NCBI RefSeq assembly: GCF_006345805.1
Contig: NC_043026.1
Location: 4,154,001-4,218,000 of the forward strand
Origin: Octopus sinensis
Lineage: Eukaryota
DNA: 64,000 nt
Direction of reading: 5' to 3'
Part shown: positions 1 to 11,360 of the stretch, in pieces
Layout of the letters: the number at the start of each line of letters is the position of its first letter
Numbering within the stretch: the first letter of the stretch is position 1
Notes under the pieces: model-generated
What the model saw: only the letters and a program-made list of their open reading frames with translations
Database searches by the model: none
What the model was told of the DNA's origin: nothing
Position numbers and translations under genes: made by a program

Positions 1-555
1 TTCTCTTCCATCCCCTCTACCTCACACCCTATCTATCTATCTATCTATCCATCGGGCAATACACACACACACACACATATACAACATATATAGCGTACTT
101 CACGTTCTTTCACACAATACACCTTTTAACACACATACACACACACACAGTTACACATTCGTTCCTATATACGCACATACATATTCATTCATGTATATTT
201 TACTGTATTAAATTCACATTAGGCAAGTTATTGCCCTCAAGTAGCGGAAAGGTATACACACACACACACACATACACACGCAGGTACACACGAGCTTATA
301 CATCCGCACACACACACACACTCATACAGACGTACACTATCTCGTCATCAAAAATACACGAATACACGCATACGCATACATACACACTATCTTTCATATA
401 TATATATATGTATATATACACACACACACACACATACACTCTCTTTCACATACAATATATATATATATACACACACACATACACTCTCACATACAATATA
501 TACATATATATATATATATTTCTATACACACATACATACTCTCTCAGATAGACAA

Positions 556-613
<58 letters not shown>

Positions 614-777
614 GCACGCGCATTGTCTTTCTTTGAAATACTAATACACACACACACACATACGCAGTCAAATTCATACACACACACAGTCTCTACCTCT
701 CTTTCTCTTTTGTATTCACCATCTCGTAATTAAAATACACATACACACACTATCTCTTTCACACACACACACCATAT

Positions 778-820
<43 letters not shown>

Positions 821-1005
821 CTCTTTTACGTATACACACACTTATTCTCTCTTTCATACGTATATATATATATATATAGATAATATATTATATACACACA
901 CACTATCTCTTTTACGTTTACCACACTTTATTTCTCTCTTTCATACGTATATATATATATACACACACTATCTCTTTCACGTATATTCTAACCACACATT
1001 CTATC

Positions 1006-1054
<49 letters not shown>

Positions 1055-1070
1055 TGCATTGTTCTTTTTC
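1..1070. repeat. Compound (CA)n/(TA)n microsatellite region
   Basis: Visible dinucleotide runs with short degenerate spacers. Confidence 0.95.
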
Positions 1071-1268
1071 TGGAATATTGAAACACACACATTTCCACTA
1101 CAGACATGCGCGTACATAGCGACTCGGCCTGTCCGTCCGACCATGTGTCCATTGTCAATACATCCAAATATATTTATATATATGTATACAACATACATAC
1201 ATATATGTCCGTGTATATATTAATAAGCACCATATGACTGTTACAATGCTACTGTTCGCCGCCGGACC

Positions 1269-1415
1269 ATGGAGTTGAACCTGCGTAGAAAATCTCACCC
1301 GATGTCGGCGCTGGAGGTCACGCCTGGCTGTGCAGCAAGTTCGAAGCAGTATTTCAAGCACCTTGTGAGTCCACATGACAGTATCATAGCGATATCTCTC
1401 AAATACGATGTCTCA
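1269..1415 (+). CDS. LYSMD2: LysM-domain protein, coding exon 1 (N-terminal half of the LysM domain)
   Basis: Translates MELNLRRKSHPMSALEVTPGCAASSKQYFKHLVSPHDSIIAISLKYDVS and ends at a strong donor TCA|GTAAGT (1416), phase 0. It joins in frame to the 30080 exon to give KHLVSPHDSIIAISLKYDVS/VEQLKRENKLW, a LysM motif. The start codon is uncertain: the frame is open to 1227 and there is a second ATG at 1302. The LYSMD1 vs LYSMD2 assignment is from memory of family motifs. Confidence 0.85.
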
Positions 1416-1597
1416 GTAAGTCGAAATTAGGGGTTTTTCATTGCTCTCTCTCTCTCTCTCTCCCCCCATTTATTCTATTCTACACGTTTATTCGCCCCCT
1501 TTTGTCTCCACAGCCCTAGGGTCCTCTCTTTTTCCTTATCCCCTGTAACCTCTCTCTTTCTATCTCATCTTCTTTCTCTTCTACTTTTGTCATCTCT

Positions 1598-1640
<43 letters not shown>

Positions 1641-2143
1641 TCTGTCTTCTGCTTTGCGGTTTTAGTATTTTCGGCATTCTTTCGATATAACTCGACAAAA
1701 TCAAAACATTTCACTTCGGCTATTTCCGTGGGTGGCAATCTTTCGTCTCTAGTAGACCTTTCCGTCGATTTCCGTAAAAAATTTTTTTGTTTTTACATAT
1801 GGGCTTGCGGGAACTTTTGAAGTAATGAGAGCGAAAGAGACTAAGAGGAAGCGATTGTATGACGAGGGAAGTTCTTTTGAAGTTACCGTGCATGTGAAGC
1901 ATTGATGTACATGTGTGTGTGTGTGTGTGTGTGTTTGATGGGGTGTGGGAGACAGACAGTATGTTGTGTAAGTGAAGTGCTTCTGTTAGTGTGTGTGAAG
2001 AGACAGAGTAATGTGTGAAAGAGAGAGATAACTGAAATTTTTTACTCGGTGTATGTATATATGTATGTACGGAAATCGACGGAAAGGTCTACTAGAGACG
2101 AAAGATCGCCCCGTGGGTTGTGGAGTTATAAAGATATAACGAA

Positions 2144-2812
2144 GGATCTTTTCTGTTTGAACGGCAGTTTTTAACATAATTTCCACCTAACTAAAAAAAA
2201 TTTAAACTTCGTATACTGGTAGAATGTGTTTATAAAACATTTTTTTCTCTTGGCTTTATTGGGAAAATTCTAGAGTTTGTAAGATATTTGTTGTTGTTTT
2301 TCTCTTCAATTTCTGCAATTTCAACCAATCAATGATGTCTATTGAGGTGAAAACATTCTGTGCCGTATGAATATGTCCCTCGTTTAAGAAACGGATCTTT
2401 TCGGTTTGAACGGCAGTTTTTTAAAATAATTTCCATGTAACTAAACACTTTTAAACTTCGTATACTGGTAGAATGTGTTTATAAAACATCTTTTTCTCTT
2501 AGCTTTGTTGAGAAAATTCTATAGTTTGTAAGATATTTGTTGCTTTTTTTTTTCTTCAATTTCTGCAATTTCAACCAATCAATGACGTCTATTGAGGTGA
2601 AAACATTCTGTGCCATATGAATATGTCCCTCGTTTAAGAAACAGACTGGGTTTATTTACATTTCTGAAGAAAAAAAGATACCCTTCCCCCCACCCCTAAC
2701 CCTAACCCTAAAACAAATTGAAATGCAATAGATCGATACTAGGGTCATAATTATGGGTGACAATTTCATATGACACCGCTAGAAAAAACTGCTGTTCAAA
2801 CTGAAAAGATCC
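2144..2812. mobile_element. MITE with 9-bp TSD (Mutator-like), 5' 249 bp duplicated
   Basis: TIRs GGATCTTTTC(T/G)GTTTGAACGGCAGTTTTT and AAAAACTGCTGTTCAAACTGAAAAGATCC; TSD TATAACGAA at 2135-2143 and 2813-2821; a second left end at 2393. Confidence 0.8.
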
Positions 2813-3198
2813 TATAACGAAATTATGCCAGCAATTTCTCATATTAAACTTGAAGAAAAGAAAAAAAGCCTTGCATATTTGTTCTTCCCTGTTTCATGTG
2901 TGTATGTAAAATCTGCAAATTTCCAAGCAGAAAACGGAATCGAATTGTCATTTGCTTCCATGGAAATGTTTTGATTTTGTCGAGTTATATCGAAGGAATG
3001 TCCTAAATTTGCTTCCAAGTGAAATGTTTTGATTTTGTCGAGTTATATCGAAGGAATGTCCTAAATTTTTTTTTACAGTGCAAGCATGGCTATGTGGTTA
3101 AGAAGCTTGCTTCCAAACCATGCAGCCAGGGTTCGATCCCATTCCGCAGCACCTTTCTCTTCTTTACTTTATTTTCTTCTTCCATCTTCACCGTTAGG

Positions 3199-3262
<64 letters not shown>

Positions 3263-3493
3263 TCTGTTACCTTTCTCTTTTAACCTATACCTGTCTGTCA
3301 TAATCTTCTGCTTTCTGGCTATTAACTTTGTTGCGGCGCAGACGTATCTGTGTGGTTAAGAAACTTGCTTCAGAACCATGTAGCTTTGGGTTCAGTCCCA
3401 CTGCGTGACACTTAGGGTAAGTGACTTCTACTAAATCCCCGGTCCGACCAGAACCTTATGACTGAATTTGTTACATGTATACTAAGCGAACCG

Positions 3494-3856
3494 TGGAGGC
3501 GCAATGACCCAGTGGTTAGGGCAGCAGACTCGCGGTCATAGGATCGCGGTTTCGATTCCCAGACCGAGCGAAAACACCTAAAAGCTCCACGAGGCTCCGG
3601 CAGGGGATGGTGGTGATCCCTGCTGTACTCTTTCACCACAACTTTCTCTCACTCTTACTTCCTGTTTCTGTTGTACCTGTATTTCAAGGGGCCGGCCTTG
3701 TCACTCTCTGTGTCACGCTGAATATCCCCGAGAACTACGTTAAGGGTACACGTGTCTGTGGTGTGCTCAGCCACTTGCACGTTAATTTCACGAGCAGGTT
3801 GTTCCGTTGATTCGGATCAACCGGAACCCTCGTCGTCGTAACCGACGGAGTGCTTC
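3494..3856 (+). mobile_element. tRNA-derived SINE, family C
   Basis: A/B-box-like head (GGCGCAATG.CCCAGTGGTTAGG...GGTTTCGATTCCC). Related copies at 5262-5530(-), 16888-17195(+), 33735-33925 and 49838-50003(-). Confidence 0.8.
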
Positions 3857-4399
3857 CATCATCACTAAGCGAACCTGTCGATCGATAAAATAAATACCAG
3901 GCTTAAATAAGTACAGTTGTCGACTTATTCAATTAAGCTCTTCAAGGCAGTGCCCCAGCTTGGCCGTTCTTCAATGACTGAAACAAGTAAAAGCTAAAAG
4001 ATATGTATATATATCTATGCTTATGTGTTTGTCTCCCATCATCGCTTTACGACCGGTTTTGGTTTGTTTACGTTTCCGTCACATAGCGGTTCGGCAATGG
4101 GATCCGATGGATCAAACACTAGACTTTAGGGAAAAAAATAAATATTGGAATTAATTTCTTCAATCAAACCTTTCAACTTGATGCCCCAATATGGCCACAG
4201 TCCAACAGCCGAAACATGTAAATTTGTTTTTATTTTCGACAAGTGCCTGACGTTATTTGCTCATAACTTTCAGAAGAATAGAAAAAATGGATATTCTTTC
4301 AATGAAATTTTCTACAAATACCTTTCAGATGGCGTAGATTATCATCGTATAGGAATTTAATCTGAAAATTTTATTTCCTCTTTTCTTTTGTATCGGCTG

Positions 4400-5030
4400 T
4401 TTTACTCTTTTTACTCTTTTACTTGTTTCAGTCTTTTGACTGCGGCCATGCTGGAGCACCGCCTTTAATCGAGCAACTCGACCCCCGGGACTTATTCTTT
4501 TGTAAGCCCAGTACTTATTCTATCGGATCTCTTTTTGCCGAACCGCTAAGTGACGGGGACGTAAACACACCAGCATCGGTTGTCAAGCAATGCTAGGGGG
4601 ACAAACACAGACACACAAACACACACACGCATATATATATATATATATATATACATTATACAACGGGCTTCTTTCAGTTTCCGTCTACCAAATGCACTCA
4701 CAAGGCTTTGGTCGGCCCGAGGGTATAGTAGAGACACTTACCCAAGGTGCCACGCAGGGGACTGAACCCGGAACCATGCGGGTGGTAAGCAAGCTACTTA
4801 CCACACAGCCACTCCTGCGCCTATATATATATATATAGATATATATATATATATATATATATATACGACGGGCTTCTTTCAGTTTCCGTCTACCAAATCC
4901 ACTCACAAGGCTTTGGTCGGCCCGAGGGTATAGTAGAAGACACTTGCCCAAGGTGCCACGCAGTGGGACTGAACCCGGAACCATGCGGTTGGTAAACAAG
5001 CTACTTACCACACAGCCACTCCTGCGCCTA
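4400..5030 (-). mobile_element. tRNA-derived SINE family A (full copy plus an extra head)
   Basis: Head GGAGTGGCTGTGTGGTAAGTAGC...GGTTCCGGGTTCAGTCCC, internal TA/TG microsatellite and (AAAGAGT)n tail. This is the most abundant family in the window. Confidence 0.85.
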
Positions 5031-5596
5031 GAGTTTTCTAGAGTTTTACTTTTTTTTTCTGGCTTTCTTCTGTTCTTATAACCACCTGTCTTATGGCTTT
5101 CATCTTAAGACTTTTATCTCCTACTTTCAATCTAGTGTTCAGTTTTACGTTTTGCTTTCTTTTTTGTTTGTTTTTTTTTCTATCAATAATCATCTGTCGT
5201 CTGTCGTCACTCATCTACTTTCTATTGTCTACCATCTATCTTCGGTCGTGCACCCTTAACGTAGTTCTCGGGGGGGGATATTCAGTGTGACACAGAGAGT
5301 GACAAGGCCGGCCCTTTGAAATACAGGTACAACAGAAACAGGAACAAAGGGTGAGAGAAAGTTGTGGTGAAAGAGTACAGCAGGGATCACCACCATCCCC
5401 TGCCGGAGCCTCGTGGAGCTTTTAGGTGTTTTCGCTCAATAAACACACACAACGCCCGGTCTGGGAATTGAAACCGCGATCCTACGACCGCGAGTCCGCT
5501 GCCCTAACCACTGGGCCATTGCGCCTCCACATATATATACATATATATATATAGGCTGGCCCCTTGAAATACAGGTACAACAGAAACAGGAAGTTT

Positions 5597-5882
5597 TTTT
5601 TCTTCAGAAATGTAAATAAACCCAATCTGTTTCTTAAACGAGGGACAATATTCATACGGCACAGAATGTTTTTTTTTTACCTCAATAGTGTCATTGATTG
5701 GTTGAAATTCCAGAAATTGAAGAAAAAAAACCCAACAAATATCTTCCAAACTATAGAATTTTCTCAATAAAGCCAAGAGAAAAAGATGTTTTATAAACAC
5801 ATTCTACCAACATACGAAGTTTAAAAGTGTTTAGTTACGTGGAAATTATTAAAAAAAACTGCCGTTCAAACCGAAAAGATCC
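5597..5882 (-). mobile_element. Partial second copy of the 2144-2812 MITE
   Basis: Reverse-complement match ending in AAAAAACTGCCGTTCAAACCGAAAAGATCC. Confidence 0.75.
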
Positions 5883-6495
5883 ATCTGTCTTCTATCATTT
5901 GTCTGTCTTTCATCTTCTATCTTATGCCACCTGTCCTCTACGCTCTTGGTATCTTGTCTACCTTATTGTTGTCCTATGTTCTTTATGCTATCTTCCCAAT
6001 CATATTCGACCATATTGTTATATATACTGGTTCGCTACACTTATTCACTGCTGTCCTACCAATTCTGCTTTCTGATTTCAATTCCTGGCTGACAAAAACA
6101 TGCATACACACACACACACACAGCTTGTTCCCCAACCACATCACATGGTTCTGGGTTCAGTCCCACTTTGTGGCACCTTGGGCAAGTGTCTTCTACTATA
6201 GCCCCAGGCCGACCAAAGCCTTGTGAGTGGATTTGGTAGACAGAAACCGAAAGAAGCCCATCGCACGCGCGTGTGTGAGAGACCACTGTTCTACAAACGG
6301 TTGGTGTGTTTACATCCCTGTAACTTAGTGGTTCGGCACAAGACATCAATGGAATAAGTACCAGGCGCTCAGGTTGATTCATTTGGCTAATAATTCTACA
6401 AGATGGTGCCCCAGCATGGCCTCAGTCTAATGACTGAAACAAGTAAAAGATCTGTCTCTCTTTCTCTCCCTGCTCTCTGTATTATATATATATAT

Positions 6496-6908
6496 TCTTT
6501 TACTCTTTTTCTTGTTTCAGTCATTTGACTTGTGGCCATGCTGGAGCACCGCCTTTAATCGAGCAACTCGACCCCGGGACTTATTCTTTTGTAGGCCCAG
6601 TACTTATTCTATCGGTCTCTTTTGCCGAACCACTAAGTAACGGTGACATAAACACACCAGCATCGGTTGTCAAGCAATGCTAGGGGGACAAACATAGACA
6701 CACAAACACACACATGCATATATATATATATATATACATATATATGACGGGCTTCTTTCAGTTTCCGTCTACCAAATCCACTCACAAGGCTTTGGTCGGC
6801 CCGAGGCTATAGTAGAAGACACTTGCCCAAGGTGCCACGCAGTGGGACTGAACCCGGAACCATGTGGTTGGTAAACAAGCTACTTACCACACAGCCGCTC
6901 CTGCACCT
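6496..6908 (-). mobile_element. SINE family A, full length
   Basis: Same consensus as 4400-5030. Other near-full copies lie at 20910-21305(-), 24526-24940(+), 34136-34686(+), 42745-43135(-), 47400-47846(-), 52505-52905(+) and 63372-63745(+). Confidence 0.85.
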
Positions 6909-7050
6909 ATATATATATATATATATATGTACACACACACACAACAGGCTTCTTTCAGTTTCCGTTTACCAATTCTACTCACGAGGCTTTTGTTGGCCGA
7001 AGGTGTCACATAGTACGACTGAAAGCAGCATAACCCGGCTGGGAAGCAAG

Positions 7051-7826
7051 TTTCTTATTTCTTTATTGCCCACAAGGGGCTAAACACAGAGGGGACAAAC
7101 AAGGACAGACAAACGGATTAAGTCGATTACATCGACCCCAGTGCGTAACTGGTACTTAATTTATCAACTCCGAAACGATGAAAGGCAAAGTCGGCCTTGG
7201 CAGAATTTGAACTCAGAATGTAGCAGAAGATGAAATACCTATTTCTTTATTACCCACAAGGGGCTAAACACAGAGAGGACAAACAAGGACAGACAAAGGG
7301 ATTGAGTCGATTATATCGACCCCAGTGTGTAACTGGTACTTATTTAATCGACCCGGAAAGGATGAAAGGCAAAGTTGACCTTAGCGGAATTTGAACTCAG
7401 AACATAGCGGCAGATGAAATACCTATTTCTTTATTACCCACAAGGGGCTAAACACAGAGAGGACAAACAAGGACACACAAACGGATTAAGTCGATTACAT
7501 CGACCCCAGTGCGTAACTGGTACTTAATTTATCGACTCCGAAACGATGAAAAGCAAAGTCGACCTCGGCAGAATTTGAACTCGGAATGTAGCGGCAGATG
7601 AAATTCCTATATCTTTACTACCCACGAGGGGCTAAACACAGAGAGGACAAATGGATTAAGTTGATTATATCGACCCCAGTGCGTAACTGGTACTTATTTA
7701 ATCGACCCCGAAAGGATGAAAGGCAAAGTCGACCTCGGCTGAACTTGAACTCGGAACGTAGTGGCAGACGAAATACTGCTAAGCGTTTCTCCCGGCGTGC
7801 TAACGTTTCTGCCAGCTCGCCGCCCT
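7051..7826 (-). mobile_element. MetaSINE-like family B, tandem tetramer (~184-bp units)
   Basis: Each unit has the Meta-domain-like GAGGTCGACTTTGCCTTTCATCCTTTCGGGGTCGAT...AAGTACCAG; only one unit has a complete tRNA-like head. Confidence 0.8.
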
Positions 7827-8192
7827 TATCACACACACAGTCACTCCTGCTCCTAGGGATCGGCACATTTGGAACATCCTTGATCACATGTCTACTGGAA
7901 GAAGTGTGGCATGAGGCTAAATAACAATCAGTCCTTTATGCACATAAATTGTTTTAAGAATAAAACTGTTATAACTTATCAATGTTCGCGAGATTACTTC
8001 TGTGACCTCTGACCCCCTTTCGAAGTGATGTTTTTCTGTTCGTTTTTTTTTTCTTCCTTTTTTAAATGCCGGCTTTTCATTGGTTGATGTTATTTCAATA
8101 TATTCATTCATTCCGTTTACTTTGTTTTTAATCTGCTGTCCTGTTTATCTCTGGTGTTTAGGTCATATGCCTAATTTATTATTGTGTATATG

Positions 8193-8545
8193 GTGAAGGT
8201 GCATGGCTCAGTGGTTAGAGCGTCGAGCTTACGATCGTGAGGTTGTGAGCTCGAATCCCAGTCCGGGCTGCGTGTTGTGTTCTTGAGCAAAGCACTTTAT
8301 TTCACGTTGCTCCAGTTCACTCAGCTGTAGAAATGAGTTGCAACGTCACAGGTGCCAAGCTGTATCGGCCCCTTTACCTTTCCCTTGGATAACACTGGTG
8401 GCGTGGAGAGGGGAGGCTGGTATGCATGGGCGACTGCTGGTCTTCCATAAACAACCTTGCCCGGACTTGTGTCTAGGAGGGTAACTTTCTAGGTGCAATC
8501 CCATGGTCATTCATGACCGAAGGGGGTCTTTACCCTTTATATGGT
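8193..8545 (+). mobile_element. tRNA-derived SINE, family E
   Basis: Head GGCTCAGTGGTTAGAGCGTCG...CTCGAATCCC followed by TTCTTGAGCAAAGCACTTTATTTCACGTTGCTCCAG; a partial copy lies at 33925-34065(-). Confidence 0.7.
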
Positions 8546-8772
8546 AGGTTAATAGATGAATCAATTAACAAGGCAGACCTCTACATGGTCACCAAACCTG
8601 TTAGAAATAGCAACCAAACCGGCAAAGGTAAAGAATACGCACACCCATTGTTTAGGGATCAGGGTGAAGGTTTCGAGTAAGGGTTTTTGTTATGCCGAAA
8701 ACAGGTGGTGTGCATATTCTTTACCTTTGCCGTCAAACACACCCATCTGTCTTATGTGTGTGTGTGTGTAAT

Positions 8773-9291
8773 CCTGTGATGATCTGGGTGAGGGCTATAT
8801 CTTGGGAATCCCCCAGTCCAGTGGTTTCCCTTTGTGGCAAAATTAATAGCCAAGACTATTTAAGCATTTTATCTTATCAAATTCATCCTATGGTTGCAGA
8901 ACTGTTTCCAGAGGGAATCACAATCTTTCAGGATGATAATGCACAAATTCACACAGCTAAAGTTTGTTACTGAATTGCAAGAGGAACATTCTGGTGAAGT
9001 TGAACATCTTATCTGGCCACCACAGTCCCCAGATCTCAGTATTATTGAACATTTTTGGTGCATTTTAGAAAAGTAAGTAAGGAGTCAATATCCTCCACAA
9101 TCATCACTACAAGAAATGGAGACTGTTTTAGCTGAAGAATGGACAAAAATTCTTTTGGAAACAATTCAGACTGTATGAGTCCATACCCCGTAGAATTCAA
9201 GCTGTAATTACTGCCAAAGGTGGTCCTACCCCATATTAAAATACATTTGTTTGAAATTTTAAGGTGTTTCCATTATTTTGTCCAATCACTG
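8773..9291 (+). pseudogene. Tc1-family transposase relic (DD34E C-terminal part) with right end
   Basis: Translates IFQDDNAQIHTA...WPPQSPDLSIIEHFW...ESIPRRIQAVITAKGGPTPY* with frameshift and stops. Confidence 0.9.
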
Positions 9292-9319
9292 TGTGTGTGT
9301 ACACACACACACATATAGT

Positions 9320-9460
9320 TGAAATTTACAGAAAAACAAAAGACGGAGACAGGTGTATAAACAACAAACAAGTGTATTAGTTTGACGATCAGGAAGGTGA
9401 GAAAGTCTTTTACGTTTCGAGCCTGCGCTCTTCAGCAGAAAGGTACACGAGGAAATAAAC
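9320..9460 (-). mobile_element. Short Penelope-like-derived insert carrying a minimal hammerhead motif (family H1)
   Basis: Minus strand 9442-9407 reads cttt-CTGCTGA-a-gagc-gcag-gctc-GAA-AC-GT-A-aaag. Homologues lie at 17280-17410 and 39198-39360, with a decayed copy at 40030-40110. Confidence 0.65.
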
Positions 9461-9477
9461 GTGTGTGTGTATATATG

Positions 9478-9522
<45 letters not shown>

Positions 9523-9813
9523 GTGTGTGTGTATATATATATATGTGTGTGTGTGTGTGTATATATATGTGTGTGTGTGTGTGTATATATGTGTGTGTGT
9601 GTGTGTGTATATATGTGTGTGTGTGTATATATATGTGTGTGTGTGTGTATATATGTGTGTGTGTGTGTATATATATATGTGTGTGTGTGTATATATATAT
9701 ATGTGTGTGTGTGTATATATATATATGTGTGTGTATGTATATATATATATATGTATATATATATGTATATATATATGCGTGTGTGTATGTATATATATAT
9801 ATATGTGTGTATG

Positions 9814-9860
<47 letters not shown>

Positions 9861-9900
9861 ATTTATATATATAGGGAGAGAGAGAGAGAGAGAGAGAGAT
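9461..9900. repeat. (TA)n(TG)n compound microsatellite
   Basis: Direct inspection. Confidence 0.95.
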
Positions 9901-10539
9901 TTGTATATGTGTATATAGAGATAAATTTGTAGATATTATATGGCAATCTTTGAATAAAAGTCTATGACGCCATCGTGAGTGTGTGACAAAGTGCTTCATC
10001 TGTTTCACAGAGCTGAACAAACACTCACTCATGACTATCTTCCTACTAAGAATGAAACAATGCCAAATACGTGTGTGTGTGTGTGATCTTATCTGAAAGT
10101 GCCCTTAAGTGTTTCAATGATACGTGAAAAGCTAAAGCGCTCTACTGACTTCTGAATCACCGTTAATAATAATAATAATAATGTTTGCGTGTGGAATATT
10201 ATCTCGGTTGACATCACCGATTGAAAAAGCAATGTGTCTTATCTCCCTATGAAGCATCGTTTCGATGGTGGGGGTGTGTGTGTGACTGGTGACGGATTGG
10301 TTAGATAGAGGAGGTGGCCACAACGAAGTGCTACAATGGCGGCGGACCGCCTTTTTGATTATTAACCTGTTATATCTTTTGTGTCGTGTTTACAACAAAA
10401 TGTATTGTTTGTTATTAATTACTATTGTGACTTAGTTGTAATTTTTAATTTTCTGGCATGTTAAATGTTTTCTTGGAAGTTATTGAAAGATAGAGCCCTC
10501 CCCCCACCCTCCACGCGCGCACACACTCACATACATACA

Positions 10540-11063
10540 TCTATCTCTATAAACGGCAGTTTGTCTGTCTGTGTGTCTGTCAGGTTGTACCCTCATCCTG
10601 ACCACGGCTTTCAACCGATTCTGATGAAACTTGACACACACATAGCCCAATGTCATAATTCAAAACTAACGCAGCGAAAATTTTGAAAAGTTCCCCCAGT
10701 TCTGAAAAAATCGATAAATTCAACACGGGGTCGAGAATCTAAGCTTTTTATTTGCAACACATTATCTGTTGTAGTTTTCGCAACTTGCAATCGATTCTCA
10801 CCAAACTCATGGTGAAGCTTAATGTTACCCTAAGAAACTTAATTCTGATGTTAGTTTTCCATGCAATACCTTACCATCACAAAAAAATCGATAAAATCAT
10901 GCCATTTTGGGAAATCGCGTTCAAATTCAAGATGACATATTTTCGACAATATCTTTCACAAATTGGCAGGAATTTTTTTCTAAATTCACAGCGAGCATCA
11001 TGTCTGCTCCAGGGCCTCTTACATACCCGGGCAATGCCGGGCAATGCCGGGCTATGCTGCTAG
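10540..11063 (+). mobile_element. Non-autonomous Helitron-type element
   Basis: 5' TC, 3' hairpin CCCGGGCAATGCCGGG then CTAG, inserted between A and T. Confidence 0.75.
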
Positions 11064-11360
11064 TACATTTATAAACAGTCTTTAATCAAGATAATTTGAC
11101 GGAAGCCAATAAAAAATAGGGAATACGTAAAGCATCTTAATGTCTTACGTATGTGTGAAGCTTTTTGGTCCCTTGGCTTGTGCTCCTGCCATGTAAGAAG
11201 CATTTTGTCCACTCTGCTGGGTAGTTGGTGTTAGGAAGGGTATCCAGCTGTAAAGACCCTGCCAAAACAGACACAGAGGTCTGGTGCAGTCTCCTGTCTG
11301 ACGTACTCCTGTCCAACCCATGCCAGCAATGAAGGCAGACGTTAAACGATGATGATGATA

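Noticed and set aside
2694-2711. (CCCTAA)3 telomere-like repeat
   Set aside because: Only three units, internal to a MITE; no evidence of a telomere or fusion site.
3494-8545. tRNA-like sequences at SINE heads
   Set aside because: They have A/B-box-like motifs but run straight into SINE bodies and lack a complete cloverleaf, so they are not called tRNA genes.
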